Of a stretch of 64,000 nucleotides of DNA, positions 25,482-37,301 are shown one piece after another. The translations under genes were made by a program, and so were the position numbers. Under the pieces are notes generated by a model. That model was not told the origin of the DNA. It did not search any database and saw only the letters and a program-made list of their open reading frames with translations. This DNA is from Paramecium tetraurelia (taxonomy: Eukaryota), in contig CT868341.1 of NCBI GenBank assembly GCA_000165425.1, positions 372,001 through 436,000 on the forward strand. Reading direction: 5' to 3'. The stretch's first letter is position 1. Each line of letters opens with the position of its first letter.

Positions 25482-26687
25482 ATGCGAAATCGCTGCTCAT
25501 TCACAAATAAAGCCTAATAGTTTCCACTGCATCCCTCTCTTACGATCAATAGGAAACGTTCCTGTGAATGTTTAGACTGCGGATTGCACAATAAGAAAAT
25601 GCTTTATGTCACTACAGTATTACCTTAATTTCAACCTTATCAACATATTATTACTGCATTGAAAGAATAGAATGAAATATCGGAGTAAAGAAAGCGTATG
25701 AAGTTGAGGAATAAAAGATATCTAATCCAAATGAAAAATATTGTTGAAAAAATTCAAAAACAAGAATATAAACCAAAAAAAAGACAAAATAGACATCACC
25801 ATACTGTATTTTACAATCATTAGGCTAACGCATCTAATCCATCTAGTCTTTACACTAATGAGATAGCCTATACCCCTTCAGAACCTATTCAAAGTTCTTC
25901 TGTTCTTTTTCATAGGTACAATTCTTTAACCCCTCAAAAATATTTTACTGATTAAAAAATTATGAAAGTGTAGAAATTCTCTTAGAAACTCAAAACGTTC
26001 TATTTGCCCATTACAGCTCCTTTTGAATCACAAATCATATTGAGATTATAATTATTATAAGATGGCAAAGTCAAATTAATAAAACAAAGTGGTTTTTAGG
26101 ATGATTTCACTGTTAATCTTAGACTGAATAAATTCTAAGAAGATGATAAAAAGATTGAAGACAAAGAAATAAAAAATAAAATTACCCTTCCTACTTTACA
26201 ACAGGAGGATGAAGAAGAGGAGTTAACAGATGAAGAAATTAATATGAAAAAATTGGCAAGTTATAATAAAAAAAATGCTTATAAAAATATTTTGAAATAT
26301 AATCCAAGAACCCTTCAAAGCTTGGTCGACAAATCATAGTTAGGGTAAAGTAAGATAAAAGCTTATCCTAAACAACTTAATTAGAATCATATAGCACTTC
26401 TCCATAGATCTGTAACAACGAATATGTCTCCTTTCAATAATTCTAGTATTAGTAGAGCTTCTCCAATATCGTCAATCTAATTATTGAGAGAAAAGAGAAT
26501 AAAGCCGAAACTCCTTCCATTAGAAAATAAACCATTATCAAAGTTTGCACTTACTCATAATTCCCCAACGAAGTAATCTAACACCAAACTAAACCCTAAG
26601 AAAGGACTTCAAAAAAGTATTTTAAGTATATCTGGAAAGAAATAGAACAAAAACATTATTTTTAGATAATTGATGATATAAATTTGA
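25482..26687 (+). CDS. Hypothetical protein with N-terminal SCxCxxCG Cys motif
   Basis: MRNRCSF...RKRSCECLDCGLHN, open for about 400 codons under code 6, otherwise low complexity. Confidence 0.62.
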
Positions 26688-27027
26688 TAAAATATAACAA
26701 CTTTAATCAATAATAAATATTCGAAACAAATTTTTTGATTACTTAAAAATGGTCTCTTTAGAATAGTCGAGTACATTGTAAAATTTTTTTCATACATGCA
26801 TTTTTGCAATATTAAACTCAATGTTTAATGACTAAAATAGGATTTAAGCATAATAATTTTTTAAAACGAATTTTAAATTTTCATCAACTTATCCTGAGTT
26901 AACTTATTAACATAACGAAATAAAATTATAAATTATTGTAGATTAATTATGTAATCCACCTAAATTATCATTTCAGATGAATATCTAATTAAATATTTAC
27001 TATTAAAATATATTCAGGAAGATAAAA

Positions 27028-28263
27028 TGATTCATTCCTTTTATAATGATATAAATGTAAGAAAAATTATGAAATATCTTTAAAACTCTTTTCATGAATT
27101 TCAATTACGTTATAAATTTAAAGAGGTTTAGAAATGTATATTATAGTTCTAAACAAAGGCCTAATTTTAGGATTGAGCAATAAATTTAAAAAAATACATG
27201 TCCTAAGAATTCCTATCTTTTAGATCATGACCTTCAGAAATAAATACAATATTCGAGTTGCTTTCAAAGCTTTAGAAATATCGAAAAGATTTTATAGTCC
27301 TAAAAAGGATTATTAATTTTTTCAATTAGCGTCCATCCTTTTCACAAATGAAAAGTAGTCTATTTTAGATAGGATGTATCCCTTTGAAAGTATTGATGTA
27401 AAATAATAAATAATAATAGTAATATTATTATTTCGAAGAATAGGTTGCTGAATGAAAATATTAACAACTTTTAATTGAATATAAGAGATGAGTCCAAAGC
27501 TTGAAAGTATATTTGAATATTAATTCAAATTGATGTAGTCAATAGATATATTGAGCTTGTGAATTATCTTATAGATGACAATAAAAGAATAAATAACAAA
27601 TCACAATTAATATCTTCGAGTTAATGATGACTTTTGAAAAAGCATCGAAGCATAAAACTATTTTCAATTTCAGAGTCATTAGAGGAAATATAAGAGTATG
27701 TTTGAAAAATGTTCAGAAATGATTATCTAATTTTTATCAAATTTACTGCAATTATGTATTTTGACATTAAGAGATCCAAATTAGTAATTTCAACTTATCA
27801 GAAATAATCAGCAGTCCAAATATCCTATATCAATCTATTAGAATTAATTTATGGAGACTTAATGAGTTATATTAAGAATTTATGAAAAATACAAAAATAG
27901 GAAAATTAAGTAAGAGATCAATTCGAAAGACTTGTTACCAGTAAAGTATATCCTTGCTTAGTTGATAGATATTTGGTTGAGGAATCAGTTCCCCTTTTTC
28001 TAAAAGTAATAAAAGGTGTTTTTCTAACCGGTTAAACAAATACAAATTAAGCAACATGATCATTGTTTCCACGACTATTTGATCTACTAGGTTCAATTAA
28101 TAAAGACAATACCTGATAGTTTAGTGATCCAAAGTAATTTTATAAGTCTGTATGGTGTTAAATTGCTGAACTTATATTGTAGTATGAAATGTGCAAGCTT
28201 CATCATTTACATTAAGAGATTCCTCCTAAAATGATTGCCATAAATACTTATTAATTTGTATGA
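27028..28263 (+). pseudogene. ORF-like relic with about 11 internal in-frame TGA codons
   Basis: One frame reads as helical protein (ELIYGDLMSYIKNL*KIQKQENQVRDQFERLVTSKVYPCLVDRYLVEESVPLFLKVIKG; DPKQFYKSVWCQIAELILQYE) but has TGA at 27349, 27385, 27394, 27502, 27514, 27625, 27628, 27703, 27883, 28057 and 28114. Confidence 0.55.
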
Positions 28264-28394
28264 GCTTGCAATTTATTATCATTTTTTTATTGTGATGTTT
28301 TTATTTTTTTTGCATTTGAACAGCATAGCATTTTATATAATATTAAAATAAATTAAATAGTGTATTATTAAAAATATTTATTTTTATAATTAAA

Positions 28395-29566
28395 TCAGCA
28401 AGTTTGCCTACTTATGAATGATTAATTGATGAAAGTCCATAAGCTCTTATGTTAAAAGCAATAAACAACACCTCCTCTTTTTTATTAGGTGGTTTATCTG
28501 TTTAAGTCACAAAAGCATACGTTAGTTGAAGTTGCAGTTATCCCATACTTCGAATGATCCTTAGTGTACGAGAATGTAAATGCCTGATATAATATATAAC
28601 TAGTATACCCCATGTTATCTGACTAAATTGGAATATGATTTAGGTGTCTAATCACATACAGCACTTTAAAGACCTCCAGTTCCATTACCCCAAGTTTCCA
28701 TTATCAAGTCCTTGCCTAATGCTGCCGCTACAACGTCAGCATAGAAATCTTCAACAAGGTCTTCATTCTTTGTATAAGCCGTTAACGTAAATCCTCCTTT
28801 GGTAGAAATTTTGATTGAGTCTTGTAGTGCAGACTATAATATACTATTAATAATTACTGATAACACAGTTCCAGATTCTGTCTTGTATGTCTTTGTTCTT
28901 GAATTTGATTTTAATTAGTATAATTAAGGGAAAGCAGTTGCAAATGCAGCAGGACTGTTAGCTCGATTAGTTAATGTTTCAGCAATAATATATTCTGTTG
29001 CCAATCTGTTTGCCTCTGTAGTAGTAATAGATAAGCACATATAATGTTGACCATTAACTTAAGCAGAGGATGGCATGCCTAATACAATTTAACTAATGAA
29101 TTTAAATTGGAAATTTACTCGTAAGCATCATCAAGCATTGGGAAAGTGGGTGTTGAATGAGAGATTAGAAATGCGCTACCATTTATGCCTGCGCTCAAAA
29201 TACCCTTTGAATGAGCTCTGTCTGAGATTGTGTTCTTGTTCCAAGGTTAATCACTCCACAAGACACTCATGACATTATCATTATGAAAATCAATTTAAGC
29301 CATTGTTCTTTGTAAAGGTGATGTTAGATAATCTAATTGATCAGTTTACCAATCAAATGTTCCACAATTATTCTTGGCATCACAATACAAATAGTCCATT
29401 CCTTGAATTTTTAGATTTATTTACCTCTAGCACTAAATGTAGGATCAGTTGGCATCTTCAAAATAAACCACCAATCTATAGCGTTGCCGCTATGATCTAA
29501 ACAGGTCTATCCTAAGACTAGGAAGAGCAAGGAAGAAAAAAGTAAAAGACTTTTTATTGATGACAT
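28395..29566 (-). CDS. DNASE2: Deoxyribonuclease II (acid DNase, PLD superfamily); 4 introns
   Basis: Signal peptide, CLDHSGNAIDWWFILKMP, first HxK AHSKG, FLISHSTPTFP, NGQHYMCLS, METW, second HxK KDHSKYG, CFCDLNRQTTQQKRGG. Confidence 0.93.
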
Positions 29567-29819
29567 ATTGACGTAATTTATAAAAATTTATTGCCAAAGT
29601 AGAAGAATTAGTTGACTTTTAGCCTCAAAAATTATATAAATAGAACTATCCCAACATAATCTTTATCTTGAAAAAAACATTACTAGAAAAGGAACTCTAA
29701 TAAAAATAGGTACTTTTAAAAATCATTAGAATTTGAATTTATTTGTTTATGAAATTTAATATGATTTCTTTTTAAAATTTAATTAAAAAAATTTGATTTC
29801 TAACGAAAAATAAATTTAA

Positions 29820-30655
29820 TATTGAATGTTATTTAGCATATTAGAGGAAGTTATACATAGATTGAAAATTTGTAAAATATGATCAAAAATTTCACAATTT
29901 CGATCTGAAGATGTAAATGTGACGTTATGATTTAAATGTGTATATTTGGATGATTTTTAGTATTCTAAATAAGTTTTTTTTTGTTTGTCAAAATTATAAT
30001 GTATTTAATCTATTAAAGACATCAAATTGTCTTTCCTGCTCATTTTTGTAAACCTGTATTTGATCTAGATACTTTTTATTTTTAGAAATTTTAAATTTGT
30101 CAAGAGTTGTATAAACATTTATTTGTCCTTCTATTAAAAGAAATATAGGTCTTATTGTTCATAATTAGAATATTGCTTGTTGAATATAGGTCAGATCTAC
30201 TCTAAAAATTACAAATTGAAACTTTTTGGTAATGATGAGATTATTATCAGTTCAAATTGAGAAATACATTTCATTGATATTTAAAAAGAGAATTTCAATA
30301 ACATCATAGGAACAGGTAAAAATAGTGACAATTATGTTTTGTCATAATATATTATATCACTTTGATTGTAAACATTATATTACATAGCTTATCTGCATAA
30401 AATCTCCTATGTACTAAATATCCTTAATCTTACGAGCAGTATTTTTTATAATCTATTTGTCTATGAGTTTAAATAATATTTTTTTGAATTTTCTGATTGT
30501 TTAAACAGAGGGAAATATTCATTATAATATTGTCTTATAAATAGTCTAAGAGATGAGAATTTAAGGACTATAACAAGAGATTTGTTGTAAAATATCATTT
30601 TATTGATTTTCTCTTTATGTTATTTGTATTAATACTTCTCTATTGGATGAGAGGT
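29820..30655 (+). pseudogene. Possible decayed gene
   Basis: Protein-like stretch NIGQIYSKNYKLKLFGNDEIIISSN*EIHFIDIQKENFNNIIGTG with in-frame TGA, inside a 1.4-kb gap. Confidence 0.3.
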
Positions 30656-30972
30656 AATTTTGTCCATTGAAAACCGACTTAATATATATAAATCTTTTTT
30701 AGTTCATTTTTGGCATAACTAAATTTAGAAATGAATGAAATTGGCAAAAAGGAAACCAAAAGGAAAATATCTAGAATCAGATAATATATTTTAGTATAAG
30801 TCATTTAAAATAATGTAAATTACATGTTTGTTTGCTGTTCAGTTTTTAATGAAGAATTGAATCAACAAGACAATAAATTTGACAATTACCTTAAGGTTAT
30901 GAAGAGGTCCAAGGTTACAACTTGGGTGTATTTCCTTGCTTTTTAATATAATAAGATGATATTGAAAGTTTT

Positions 30973-31375
30973 TCAGATCGAATTCAAATGTGAATAAAAA
31001 TCATACTCATTGATGAGTGTTCCCTTGATTTAGGTCTTCATCATGAATATGGGTTTGCTTTTACTTGAATACTTTTTGAATCCAGCTTACTTGGGTGGTC
31101 GATGCCTCAAAGTGTAGAGTATGGTTTTTGCAGTGGAGTAATTTAAATTACAAATAATGGCAGCCTAGAGTAGATTGATAAGAATATATGAATACATCTT
31201 TGATTCTAAGCCTTTTATCGAGTACAAGGGAAATTAATTATTACTTTATCTCAGGAGAAATGTGACAGTATTTTCGCTTGGACTTTTTGATTGAATGTTG
31301 AATGCCTTTTAGTTGTTGTCGAGTCTTGACTCTAAAAGTATGAGGTGAAGATAAAGAAGCATCATCGAAATTCAT
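30973..31375 (-). CDS. Small homeodomain-like / transposase-type HTH protein (123 aa)
   Basis: RKYCHISPEIKQQLISLVLDKRLRIKD|AAIICNLNYSTAKTIL after removing a 31-nt intron (31165-31195). Confidence 0.75.
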
Positions 31376-31587
31376 TACAAATTCTGTAAATTAGATGTGT
31401 TAAAAAAAGATATTTTAAATAAATTGCAAATGAATTTATTGGGTTTTCTAATCAAATAGCTGAGATTAATTATTGTTTTCCAACTTAGTAAATAATATTA
31501 AAGACTTTTTTAAATAAATATTTCTTATAGATATAAAAAGACTGAATTGATAATTTGAACTTTTAATTATTAATAATAATAAATTAA

Positions 31588-33047
31588 TCACAATTTTGGG
31601 TTTCTATTTTTCAACATGTCGACTACCTCTACAACTCCCTTGCAAATTGTCTAAATTGACTTCAAATCTGCATTTTGATGGATAGGCAAATATAATATCT
31701 AAAAATATTGCATTAATCTACATTTTTGAAATAAGATAAAGTTTTATTTGGATATTCATACGAACTTCCTATAGGACTTTCCACAATATCGAGCTGTGTT
31801 ACTCCCATATAAGCATCAATCCCTCTGGCATTTAATATTTTGTATGTAGTCTCAGGATTAGGTACAACAACTGGATATAACCTAAATTTATTGATTATTT
31901 CAAAACGAGTACCAAAATTTTCTATCTTCAACTGCATGTCCTGGTACAAGCAGACCTCCTTATTTAAGGATGCTTTAGCCCGCGATTTGCCTTTAAGTTG
32001 CTTCGTTGAATTAATCAACATCAAATGTTTTCATTCTCAACGCTAACATCACTAACATGGGATCAGGAACTCTAAATCTATATGTTTGAAGAATATCCGA
32101 TGAATTCTTTTGGAAACCCCTTATGCTGTTGACAACAAATTCTTTATAGTCCCAGTTTGGGAATAAATTGATGAACACCCACCTGGAGCTTCTATTAATT
32201 TTTTGGCTATTTAACAATATCATAGGAATTAAATTTTTTAGAGTCCTTTTGAAATAACTAACAGGTTAATTGAAATTTACTTTTTTTAAGACCATTTTGG
32301 ATATGATTCTTGCAATGCCTTCATTTTCCTATACAAAGCTTCGTTGTTTCTGATCACACTTATGGACCCTCCAAAGGCTGAACATGTCTTTATTGAACCA
32401 AAACTAAAAGTAGAGAAGTCAACGTTAGGATTTACTATAAACATCTACAAAATTTAATACATTTTGCATTTGGAGCCACAAAACTCTCAGCCTCATCCTC
32501 CATAATAAATAGTCCTTTCGACTTAGCCCAATCAATGATTTCTGTAGCATCAAATTTGGCTCCAAAAACATACGAAATCATTATTCCTTTGGTCTTTGAT
32601 TATACAACAATAAGTACCTTTTCTGTGTAAAATTTTTTAAATTAATCCAGTGTGCATCCCAAAGTGTCTGCATTCACTTCCACAGGTACTGGTATTATAC
32701 CATTAAGGCGAAGTACTTAAATCATGTCAGGAATATTAATTCCAGTAATGATTACCTCTGATCCTGGTGGCCAATTTAATGCCTTGATAGTCAATCAAAT
32801 TACTTGCAAAACTAAATCTGTAGATGCTCTAACACATAGAGTGATCAAAATCTTTTGATTTTTCAATCCTCCCAACCAAATTTCTTCAATCTGCAAAAAA
32901 AAGAGCTTTTAGAATAACAATTACTTCCTAAATATATTTATTTTAATCCACAGGCTTTAAGTATGCCCATAAAGTATTAAATAAATGTCTATATTGCATA
33001 TCAATATATAAGGCTGAATAAGGGACGATCTAATCGCCTTTAATCAT
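31588..33047 (-). CDS. DegT/DnrJ/EryC1/StrS family PLP-dependent aminotransferase
   Basis: ALNWPPGSEVII, GIIPVPVEVNADTL, TKGIMISYVFG, GLFIMEDEAES, FSFGSIKTCSAFGG (PLP lysine); several small introns. Confidence 0.88.
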
Positions 33048-33119
33048 GATTATTTTAACAATTAAATAATATAAAAATTTGATAAAAATCAACATACAAA
33101 ATCTTTAATTATATTTTTT

Positions 33120-33390
33120 AGTTTTACTAAATGAAATTAAATACCAAAACACTTAAAACATCTCTCATAGGCAATTTCATTTGACTTTCTTGGATTTTTC
33201 ATTTTTTAGCTATATAAAACAGAGCCTTAGCATAAACCTTACCTTTAAACGAATTTTGGGGAAGATTTCATTTCAGACTCAATGATTACTCTATTCATGA
33301 TTAAGATTAATTTCTCATTAATATAGAAATGTCTTAGTAAATAAGTTAAGCATCCGTTAGGTTAGGCCTAGTAAAGGTGTTAATTAACAT
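33120..33390 (-). pseudogene. Possible small relic ORF
   Basis: MLINTFTRPNLTDAQLIYQDISILMRNQSQS*IEQSLSLK*NLPQNSFKGKVYAKALFYIAKK*KIQES with three in-frame TGAs. Confidence 0.28.
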
Positions 33391-33656
33391 ATTAAAATAA
33401 TAAATCATAAGATACTTATATCACAAAGCAATCTTAATTAATTGGGATCATATATTTTTGTAATCCCTTCATCGCATTTATAGAATATATTTAATGTTTA
33501 TTTCTTTAATAAATTTAGGATCATTAGGTGATACTCACCTTTTTTTAAGTAAACATCTATAGGAATCAAAGATAGGAAAGTTTATTTTAAATTAATAAAG
33601 AATGTTTAGATAGTAAATAAATGTACGTATTTTGTATTAATATATCAAAAATCTGA

Positions 33657-33870
33657 TCAATTGTACTGAATTTAGATAAATATTTACCTTATGAAAGCCA
33701 ATCAATTCATAATTTTCTCTAAAGCATCTTCTGCAAACATTCATACCATATTTTCTGATCAAACCTTATCTAGCTGCACATACTCTGCATTCTAAGGAGT
33801 TAGGAAGTAAATTACCTCTGGAATCTTTTCCATAAGTTCTTGGGTGTGTTCTGAATAAGTGATTTGGCAT
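33657..33870 (-). CDS. RPS29: 40S ribosomal protein S29 (uS14), 55 aa, 2 introns
   Basis: [55 protein letters not shown]; introns 33792-33815 and 33666-33687. Confidence 0.97.
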
Positions 33871-34026
33871 GACTTGTTTTATTTTATTTAAATATTTATT
33901 AAAATCATATTAAATTACGAGAATTTGGTTGTAATAACAACTAGAATTATTAACCGAACTATTTATCATTTGATATTTGTATATAATTTATAATAAGAGA
34001 AGTTATTAATTATTATTATTATAAAA

Positions 34027-36362
34027 ATGGATGAATTATTCGATCAATTAGAATTAGAGATTTCTGAATGCAAGACTTCTATGTCGGAATATGATAGAGA
34101 TTTAAATAAGTGTTTAGGAAAATATGAAATAAGTACTATCTTCTTTCATGCCAATAGAATCGATCTAAGAAACATATCAAACTGTCATTTATTCGTAGTC
34201 AAATTAAAATTGTTAAAATGCTCCCAGTTTTTCTTTTTCTCAGACCACTAGATTTAAGGAAACCAAGAAGGATAATATCATAAATGAACTGCCTTTAAAT
34301 GTTTCAATATCAAGCATCAAAGTAAAATTTCATCAATCAAATATAGCAAGCTTAACCAAGTATGACATTTACCAAGAGTCAAAGATTCTAGGAGAGCAAG
34401 GTGATTCCAACAACTCCATTGGAACCTAACTATGACTTTATTAAGAGAAAAGCGAGTTCTGTAGTAATTTCTGAATCCAAGATTAGAGATGATGATGTTT
34501 CAACTCAGGCATCAATGATAACAGTTGGACCAGGAAGCTATGATGTGGAAGTTAAGGAGAAGAAATAATAAAATCGAACATTTGCTAAAGATGAAAGATT
34601 TTTAAAATTGAAAGCGAACAATCAAGAAGCAATTAATCCAAATTACAATTCTATTCGTCCCAATATCCCAATTCCCAAGATTAGTAAACCAATAAAGAAA
34701 AACAAATATTAAATTCAAAAAGATGAAATCAATCGCATGAATGAACAACTGAGATTAGAAGAATATAGAAGACGACCATTAGAATTAGACAAAGCAATAA
34801 GATAAAATATAGCAGGAGTTGTTATTAAACAAGCATATAATGATTTTAATTCACATCCAAAAGGATCAAAGATGAGAAGATTTTTAATTAGAAAGTTATT
34901 GGATGATATTCAAGCTATAACAGTTGGGCCAGGCTAATACGAGATTCACGAGGAAAAACAGCCTTGTATGGTTGTATTCAAAAGCCATTCTACCGAAAGA
35001 AGAATCCCTCCTGATAGACCCGTACCAGGGCCTGATTATTATTATTCAAAAGATGATTATATTAAGCCCAACCCCATTCAGGTGAAATTTGGAAAGGAAG
35101 AGAGAATCAAGAAAATAAAGAAGGAAGATTTAGATATGAGGCCCGATCTAGAAGTGAATGTAGATCCTGTAAAACCAAAGGCTCCTGATGCTGTCAGATG
35201 GGATATTGAACCTACTAAGCCAAGATTGACATTGGAAATTGGGGACAAGGTAGCTCCAGGATATTATGATCCATCTCATGTCCAAGTGGATCCAGCAGTT
35301 AAAGGAGTGAAGATAGCTCCTTTGAATGAAAAGAATGATAGAATAAATGCGATAGATCCTACTAAGGGGAAAGACTTCAACGATTATGAGGAGCAACTCT
35401 ATCCCACTTTAGATGGAGTCAAACCATAGATATAAACTTTTAAGTATCATGAAAATACAGATGTTAAACCAATGCATCCTCCAGATAAAGAATTGTTTCC
35501 TGAATAACACAAGTTTTATGATGTGAATATGGATGCTGTCAGAGAACAATTAGTTTAGGATATTCAATTGGCTGGTAAGAAAGGCAGAGGTTTAAAAGAA
35601 TGGCTTAATTATTTCGATGATATGACTATGTTTAAAAAGTACATGTAGAGAAGAAATAAATAGCCAGAAATTGGTGAATATGAAGTCTAATTCAATCAGA
35701 TTGATAAGGATCCAAAGACTGTTAATTTCAATAGGTATGTAGAAATTGATCATGAACCCATCTAAAAGCCAGATGGACCTCTAGAGGGAGATAATTTGAT
35801 TTTGAATCCTGACAAACCTAAACCACATATTCCTACCTTGGATTTTGAAAAATAATCAGATCCAAGACCAGAACCTGAGGTCAAAGAAGTTGAATTATTA
35901 TTGAATGTTGATTATGCTCCAGTCAAACCTAGGGTTAAAAATATTCCTAATTTTGAAAAACAATTAGAACGTCCAGAAGGACCTTAGATTAAGGAATAAG
36001 AAGCTATTATTGAACCTAAATTCGATCAAGTTGAAAAAAGGGTGATTGGAAATGTCAACTTTGAAAAACAACCTGATAGGGCAGATGATCCTAGATATTA
36101 ACCTAAAGTTGACAACAATGTCTTGCAAATTGAAGTGAAACCACCTAGAAATGAGAGAACAGCTGTCTAAATGAACTCAAAAACAAAACGATTTGGCTAA
36201 AAGCAAGGTGAAAATGATTAAGAATAACAATAAGATGTACCTGCTGCCATCAATATATCCAAAATAGAAAAGGCTGAAAAAGCTATTAGACCTAATATAC
36301 CTGGAGTGAATCTGTAAAAATAAAGTGGTAGAAAGGATTTTATTATCAAATAAAAAAAATGA
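34027..36362 (+). CDS. PGP-repeat (SHIPPO/STPG/ODF3-like) ciliary or microtubule-associated protein
   Basis: VGPGSYDV, VGPGQYEI, PVPGPDYY, VAPGYYDP, plus recurring L.PNYD..KP...F.K..R units; introns 34112-34133 (tentative) and 34322-34346. Confidence 0.72.
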
Positions 36363-36426
36363 ATTAATTAATTTTAGTATTTCATTTATATAATACAAAA
36401 AAAAATTAAATATTTCAGTAAGCTGA

Positions 36427-37224
36427 TCATTGATTTGCCCATTCTTCTAAAAAGTCTGATTCACAACTATCATGGATATCTGATTCAGATTTTGTGTTGT
36501 CATTCTACTTTGATTGCACAAAGTACTTTTAATCAAAACTAATTATTAAGGGAGTCTATTTAATTGGAAGATCTTAACTTGATCTGTTGGATGAGTACAT
36601 CTTATCACTACAAGTTGAAGCACTCATTTCTGAATGATGAGGCTCTATTTATTTTTAGTAATCCTTTATTGTAATTGATTAATTGAGCAGATGCTTTATT
36701 ACATCCTGATGGCTTGCTGTCCACTCCTCAATTATGATTAGAGTTATCTTTGTGGATAAGAGTTCTTTCTTATAGTTTTATGCCATTTGTATTTACTAAT
36801 CAAATTGTGTGAGGATATTCTGAAAGGTTTCTTCATCTACTTCTGTTAGAATTTCTTATCTATTACTCAGTATGTCATTCTAGATGTTAAAGACAACAGA
36901 TTGGATTTGAGTGACCTCATCTCTGAGACTTTTGAATGTTTTATCCAATTCCTATTCATGATTATTTAATTAAGTGATTAAATCTTTTCTTTTTTATTCC
37001 AATAAAGTCTGGATGTATTTAAATTGATGATCAATCCTGCATTTTTGTTAGGCATAGTGTTTTTTAATAGTTTATAATTTTGAATTCAAACTTTTGATAC
37101 TATTTTAATCTTCATTCGCAATATGATTACAAACTTATAAAAATTCTTCAAGGATTTCATCTTTGTTTAATTAGGAACATAAGCTATCTTATAAACTTTG
37201 ATGAATTTGCCATGATTTAGACAT
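36427..37224 (-). CDS. Hypothetical protein with B-box-C-terminal-like coiled coil, 265 aa
   Basis: Intronless open frame MSKSWQIH...RIDHQFKYIQTLLEQKRKDLITQL...EEWANQ-TGA. Confidence 0.65.
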
Positions 37225-37301
37225 CTTAAATATTTGATATATATATTAATATTTATTAATTATATTAACTGTTTATTATAATACTTGATTGATTCTTAAT
37301 T

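Noticed and set aside
27170..28263. NUMT or selenoprotein explanation for the multi-UGA frame
   Set aside because: The frame also has many TAA/TAG (stops in the mitochondrial code) and no CxxU-like redox context; I could not identify a SECIS by eye.
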